From the human T2T-CHM13v2.0 reference genome, Homo sapiens: a stretch of 64,000 nt of DNA. Below the pieces are notes generated by a model. It was not told where the DNA came from, ran no database searches, and saw only the letters and a program-made list of their open reading frames with translations. Location of the stretch: the NCBI RefSeq assembly GCF_009914755.1, contig NC_060932.1; one strand, 5' to 3'. Of the stretch, positions 57,038-64,000 are shown one piece after another. The stretch's first letter is position 1. Each line of letters opens with the position of its first letter. The position numbers were made by a program, and so were the translations under genes.

Positions 57038-57468
57038 GTGTGTAACTTGAAAAATGCAATAACTCAGAACTCCTGGGTATGATGTCCCCTCAATTAAGCA
57101 TGATAATGGTAAATTACCTTTCCAAAAAGAACCAGATAAAGGCGGCAGCTGGCACAGAGAAATGTCTGTATACCTATAGTTCACACAGGAGGTTCAGGGA
57201 CAGATCCATGATATGGCAAGGGGTGGGAGATTCTTCATACCCCTGTAACCCTCATCTTTACCCAGAAAGACTTAATTGTTAATAGGGATGCTCGTGTGTT
57301 ATTAGTGGGCCTCTGGTCATCTCCATTAGATCATCATCTGCTTAATCAGAATTAGTCCAACCTCCGTTACCTTCTGTATTTAAAGTGGTAGTAACTGAAA
57401 AAAATCTTTAACATAAAGGTGCTAGTCACTTTGACTTGGAACCTAACTCTCAGTGATTAGCGACTCTA

Positions 57469-57974
57469 GTGTGGCATATTGATTCTATTAGTGGACCAAA
57501 TTTCTCATGTCTTTCTGTATCTATGCCCTTTGGTATACACTCTGATTCTGAGCTTGGCCAAGCCATTCGCTTTGGCCAATGGAATAGTAGTAACTTTGAT
57601 TCAAGCAAAGGCTGCTTGAAAAATCCCTTGCATATTTCTGCTCTTCCTCTCTCCATTTTTCTCCTCTGCCTTTGACTTGAGAACATGCCAGTATGGCCAG
57701 GCTAGATGACTGGAAGATGAGACACAATATGCACAGTCTAGGCAGGTATCCCAGGTGAAACCCTAGACACCTGAGCATGCCCTGCCAGTGTCAGCAAAGC
57801 CACCTAGTCAATCCACAGCTAACCACAGCCACAAGAGTAAGCCCCACCATGCCCAGCTCAGCAGAACCAACTTGCCTATTAGTTTGAGAGAAATAGTCAG
57901 TAGGTTTTTTTAATCTACTAAGATTTTAGGGTATTTTCTATGTACTAGTATTATGGTAACAGATTACTGAATCA
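57469..57974 (+). mobile_element. MLT1H-like LTR
   Basis: TGTGGCATATTGATT..., CTGAGCTTGGCC...GCTTTGGCCAATGGAAT, GAGAACATGCC, ends AGATTACTGAATCA. Confidence 0.75.
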
Positions 57975-59066
57975 TACAACAACCAATGCCATTCTATCAC
58001 CCATATTTCTACTGCAGCAACAGAATATGGCCAACATGTGTGCTTCAAATAAAACTCAGGACAGTTTGACGCAAGTGTTCATAACAGAAAGAGTACATTT
58101 TGTGAGGGGATAGATTGTATTTCTGCATTTCTTATGGAGAGCAGTCTTCTTCCTGTAACTCAAGCCCATTGCCAAGTCCCTAAAACAAATCAGATTCTTA
58201 ATAAATATTTTTAAATTAATGAATGAATGATTTTTTCATGAAGCATCTCATAAGTAAATGGAAACTGCAAAAAAAAATGATGTGTTACACTTCTTATATT
58301 TCCCAATTTTGTAATTACAGTGCTGACCGTGTAGTAAGAACTCAATAAACAGTACTTGCTAATTTGTTAATTGATTGATGAGACTCAGCCACTATCAATT
58401 ACCACTGAGGAATGAACCAAGAAGCAGAATTAAACTTCATTAAGAAAGATTTCATTAGGCTCATAAGACTTTTGTGACTTTCAATGTTCCTAACTACCAG
58501 AAAAGGATATTTTATTGCCTGTCTGGGGAACTAAAGCCTCTTATATGTTTTGCAAAGTAAACTTTCATATGGGATGTGTAATGTCTTCCACAGTCATGTC
58601 ATGGATTAATTATTGTTCATTTTTTTTTATTCTATGTTCATTCTATGCTCACATGTCAACTACAAGTTCTTATATAAGACAAAAAGGGTGCCTTAAATTA
58701 TGTGCTATTTTGGTCCATAAAATATTTAAAGAAAAAATTTATTTCAGATATGAGAGTAGTATTTTATGAAATAATATCAAAATGAAAACACTGGCAAGAG
58801 CTACACATTCATTAAGTATTGATGGAACATCCACAATGTACAAGGCAAAATGTTTGGGGCTGGACAAGGTACAAACTCTAATTTCCACCCCTGAGGAAGA
58901 AGAAACGGGCAAATAACTGACTATGACAATTATGATGTTATCGGGGCATATATATGGTAAGAGGAAATAATTAACTGCGTGGAAAAAAGGGAAAGATTTC
59001 ATGAGGGCTTCAAGATGTGAGCTGAAAATAAGCGAAAATTAGCCAAGTAGAAAAGGAGAGGAAGAC

Positions 59067-59449
59067 TGATATGGTTTGAATGTGTGTTCCCTCCGATATC
59101 TCATGTAGAATTGTAATTTCCAGTTTGGAGAAAAGGCCTGGTGGGAGGTGAATTGGTCACGGGGGCAGATTTCCCCTTGCTGTTCTCAGGATAGTGAGTG
59201 CGTTCTCGCGAGATCTGTTTGTTTAAAAGTGTGTAGCACCTCCCTCTTCACTATCTTCCTCCTGCTCTGGCTGTGTGAAGATCTGCCTCCTTCCTCTTCG
59301 GCTTCATGCATGATCGTAAGTTTCCTGAGGCCTCCTCAGCCATGCTTCCTGCATAGCCTGCAGAAATGTGAGTCAATTAAACCTCTTTTCTTTATAAATT
59401 ACACAGTCTCAGGTATTTCTTTATAAAAGCACAAGAACAGACTGATACA
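59067..59449 (+). mobile_element. MSTA solo LTR inserted in L2
   Basis: TGATATGGTTTGAATGTGTGTTCC...TAAGTTTCCTGAGGCCTCC...GTGAGTCAATTAAACCTC...ACAGACTGATACA. Confidence 0.93.
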
Positions 59450-60785
59450 GAGAATATCTAGGCAAAGATAAACTCTGCAAAGTCACAGTGAGTAGCTCAG
59501 TCTGATGATTCATGGACTAAATGAGATCAGGTGTCAAGAGAGGAGGCTGGAGCATAGACTTGGATCCTGACCTGTAAAACCACAGATGTCCAGCTAAGAG
59601 GTCATATGACGGCAAGTCACTGAAGGCTTTCAATTTCATTTGCAATTTAAACGCTTACTCTAGGGAACGTTGTAAAGAAGGAGTTAGGGTAAATATATAC
59701 TAGAGAGAAAATATTGCTGCATATTCACATGTGAAGATGCTGAGCACTCATCACTGGCAGGCTGTGCTTCAGGACTTCAAAGAGATAGTATGCACAGCTG
59801 GTAGGATATTCTGTGGCTAGCCAGCTGTAATCATTTACAGTTAATGTTCCTGATTGGCGTTGGCTTATGGTTAAGCTGTTGTGCTGTTGAATAAGACTGC
59901 GGCCTTTCTCTTTCACTCTCAGTATGGAGCTGTCTTAATTAAGTCAAGGAAAGGAAGGAAGGTACAGGAGCCTGCCGATATTAATGAGATGTGGGAAAGT
60001 TCTTTGCAACATTACAGAAACAATTATTAAAACTCTACATGCCTGGGAAACTCTGACACTTTATAACACTTGAAAACAAAAGCTTCCCAGGTTCCGTTAG
60101 ATAGACAGTTACGAGAATTTCATACTCAATAAAAAAGGAGAAAACTACTATTTTATGTCAAGGAAACCAAGAATTAGTAACAAGCACAATAAATCAGCTC
60201 ATCAACAACAGTCATTGAGCACCTACTATGTAATTCATCATTAAATGTGTTTGGGGCTTTTGTGGGTTGGTCAGCTCCTATAGTAGCCTATTAGTAAAAT
60301 GCACAGTTTATCTGCCCTGTTATAACAATAGGTGGTATTCGTAACTGCACACAATGAGTAACGTAAACAAAAGGTCCTTTTTAAAATATATGTTTTCCCA
60401 ACATAGATGACGCATTTTTTTTCAAACAAAATCATTTTTTATCTGCCAGAAACTCTGAAAGTTTTAGGTCTTTACAAGTATTTACTTCAAACAGTATTTC
60501 TCAAACTACTGCTACTTGTGAAACGTTTATTTTACAAAACTGTCATTAATCCCACAGGGCTGTCAAGAAAAACTATTAATAGCTAGAGAGCGAAAAAATT
60601 AGAAGTTGAAAGATTTTATATCAGAAAACAAAAGTTATAAAATCGGCAGCAAAAGACAAGGAGGAAGAATGTGAAATAGGAGGAGAGTAATCGGTCAGAT
60701 GAAATTGAAGTCAACAAGGTTAAGACGAAGAGCTCAATGCTGTTTTTGTCAATACCTAAGAGTTAAAATTAAGAATTAAAGATTA

Positions 60786-61087
60786 GGCCAGGCACAGTGG
60801 CTCATGCCTGTAACCTCAGCATTTTGGGAGGCCAAGGCAGGAGGATTGCTTGAAGTCAGCAGTTCAAGACCAGCCTGGGCAACATAGCCACACCTTATCT
60901 TTACAAAAAATTTAAAACTTAGCTGGGCATGGTGGCACATGCCTGTAGTCCTAGCTACTTCAGAAGCTGAGATAGGAGGATCACATGAGCCCTGGAGGTT
61001 GAGGCTGCAGTGAGCCATGATCAAACACTGCACTCCAGCCTGAGCAACAGTGCAAGACCCTCTCTCTTAAGGAAAAAAGAAAAAAAG
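60786..61087 (+). mobile_element. AluJ
   Basis: GGAGGATTGCTTGA, GGTTGAGGCTGCAGTGAGCCATGATC; TSD AAGAATTAAAG(A/G)TTA. Confidence 0.95.
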
Positions 61088-62276
61088 AATTAAAGGTTAA
61101 AAGTATCTTGCAGCCAAATTTCATGTGGGCACCATATTACAATGATACATTTCCCTCTCTCCAAGTAACCCCTTTGACCTTGCTGTGTAAAGAAGTCCAT
61201 TTTGTCTCATCTCTGCGAATAAAGAACCTGAATGTAACTGTGAGAAGGGAGAAAAAAGTCTTCTGTTCCACGATAAAAGATTTGGCAAGAATAGAGATTA
61301 AAAATACTTTCACCAATTGTCAAGTGTCACAGTGTTTTAATTAGAGAGAAAAACAGGTGACAGGAAAGAATGAGCTATTGCAGTACTTCAGCTGTTGCAT
61401 AACTTTCCGTGCAATCAATGTCTAGAAAGACATTTGAGTTCAGTATATCTTATTGCTGAAGTCAGTTATCTTCTGATTTTTAGTCTTTGCTTCTTTGAGG
61501 CGCCAGCAATCATAATATTTTAGAATGTTTATTCATAAATTTAGCAAACATTTGTGGAACACATGTGCCAAATTTGATGTGGCAAGTTTAAGAAAAACAG
61601 CAATAAAATTCCTCCTTTTAAAAAGTTTTCAGTCTACGGTTATACGTGTGTGAAAAAAACACTAAGCAAGCAGTGAATTCAATTAAATAATGCAAACACA
61701 AATGTCAAAGGTGTTCATCCCTTACATTTAAAATTTAACTGAGAGTTTTAGAAAGAAGACAAGAGTATCTCTATGACTTTATACAGCTTGTCTTTGGCAT
61801 AAACTAAGTCTCAGTTTCCTAATTTGTAAAATAAGGGTAGGTGTTTAATATTAGCTATTTCTCAGCCCATTGTATGGTAAGAACAGTGGGGGTAAAGATT
61901 ACTTCATACAATGCATTATAAACATATTGAGAACATCTGTATTTTTCTGAGTATTTGAATTGTCTTTTATAAATCTTTATTCTTAGATTCCCCAAAGCAT
62001 TCCACATATTTAATTGAAATCAGTGAGTAAAGGACAATATATTTCAATGAATTCATTCATTGAATGAATTTTTGATCCCATTATATGTATCTGTGGATAG
62101 CAGGAAATAAATATATTATTTTTGATGTAATGATGCCAAAAACACTATAACAAAGCTTATGCATACACACTTTATGGAGTATTGTGGTGGCCTTTGAGAA
62201 TTCACCTTTAGAGAGTTATATTTTGGTGACATATCATTGGCTTTTATAAAGGTCACATTAAATAAGAGTTCTATGT

Positions 62277-62618
<342 letters not shown>

Positions 62619-62699
62619 TCATTTCCCCTAACAGTACCATTTTTGTCTGCCTCCAGTTTCTGCAAAAATTCCTCTGAAGATTATTATTTTCCTCTTTAC

Positions 62700-63790
62700 C
62701 TGAATTCCTCCCTTCTCTCTCAAACCATCTTTAATCATGATTCTCTTTCCCACTCCTACAAAGTACCTCTCTGGAGGTTACCAGCAGCTTCTTGTAACGG
62801 CACAGTTTCACAGTGGTGTTCCCTGTCTCTTCAGTGATGCACTTTCTTCACTTGGCCTCACCCCACGCTCCTTTGTCTTAGCTCATAGGTCACTTGTTCT
62901 CAGTCTTTTATGTTGATTCGCTTCTCCCTAGACTCCTAACTTTAAAGTGACCTGTCTCAGTCTTTAATCTTCTACTCTTTAACAACACACAATTCCTTGG
63001 TGATTTAATCTAGTGTCTTTGATTTAACACCCTTTATATGCAAGTGACACTAATTTTTTATCTCTTCCCAAGACTTCTGTCTTGAACTCTGCACTTATAT
63101 ATCCAACTGCCTACTCACTACCTCTGCTAGAATGTAACATAGTCATGTCCAAATTAATACATCCAAAACTGAGCTACTGATTCTGCAGTTCTTCCCCAGA
63201 GTATTCCATTCATATTCTTCCTTATAGTTAACTTCCTTATAGTTAACTTCCTTAAAGTTAGATCTTGTAACCCCTCTGCCCCTGCAACATCCCCCTCATC
63301 TCATTCAAAGTAAAAGCCAAACTCCTCACCATGGCCTACCAGGCCCTATCACATCCGACTCTATTACCTTTCTAATTGAATTTCTACTACTCTGAATTTA
63401 TTCTGCCAAGAACACAGGAGACACTACCTTTGAGCCCTTACGGTAGTAACTCTCTCTTGCTGCAACACTCCTTCAGACACCTTCATTTGCCAACCTCTTC
63501 ACTCATCAAGTCTTTGTTCAAAAAGGCAACACCATCTTATTAAAGACACTAAACTGCATTCCTAGTCTAGTCCCCTTTGCCCCATTCTACCTTTTTATCA
63601 CTTATTGCCATCTGAAACACTGTAAAATTTATTTGTTTTAGTTATTTGTTATTGTCTCTATTTCCCAGCTAGAATGAAAGCCCCAAACAGAAGGGAATTT
63701 TTGCGTTTTGTCCACTAATGGGACAGTGGGAAAAAATATATAACAGATACTGAATGTTAAAGGTGCCTATTCATGCATGAATGAAATAGA
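62700..63790 (+). mobile_element. L2a-like 3' region
   Basis: TATATCCAACTGCCTACTC, AAAGTAAAAGCCAAACTCCTCACCATGGCCTAC, CTAGAATGAAAGCCCC, (GAAT)-like tail. Confidence 0.85.
63217..63261 (+). repeat. 15-bp x3 tandem repeat
   Basis: CTTCCTTATAGTTAA twice plus CTTCCTTAAAGTTAG. Confidence 0.95.
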
Positions 63791-64000
63791 GCTGAAAGAG
63801 AAAGAAAATGAGGTCTCCACGTCATCTGAGACCCTGGATCATAGACCTAATGTGGCATATATGGTATAGGATGACACGTGCCTAGTCATGTTGTAAAAAA
63901 ATTCAATTTAAACTAGTCTGATTTTATGTTTTCTTAAAATGGAATGTAATAATTATTTGTTGAATGCATCTTGAATTCAATTGTTTTCTTTTAAAAAATC

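Overview
This looks like primate (most likely human) non-coding genomic DNA. It is AT-rich and CpG-depleted, with no CpG island, and roughly half of it is recognisable transposon debris: 23 Alu copies or fragments, L1/HAL1, L2, MIR, more than 20 LTRs from MaLR/ERVL/ERV1, and several hAT/TcMar DNA elements. I recognise no protein-coding gene, tRNA, rRNA or CRISPR array. Most listed ORFs overlap Alus, other repeats or low-complexity tracts; the rest are unremarkable, apart from the one spanning the candidate exon. The most notable non-routine signals are: (1) a 168-nt minus-strand exon-like segment (14096-14263) with near-consensus splice sites, one stop-free frame and inverted Alus on both sides; (2) a second strong minus-strand exon-like segment (40003-40056) and an intact-looking minus-strand ERV1 LTR promoter upstream, hinting at a spliced minus-strand transcript; (3) a divergent pair of CTCF motifs near 20.5-20.8 kb; (4) a 43-bp locally templated insertion with an 11-bp target duplication; (5) a two-ended hAT fossil retaining its transposase dimerisation motif, a possible Merlin-type fragment, and an LTR-internal-LTR MLT1C element. 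Repeat family names come from my recollection of consensus sequences, not a search. Most repeat boundaries are approximate (about +/-10-30 bp) unless a target-site duplication (TSD) is cited. I cannot demonstrate a new biological system from the sequence alone.
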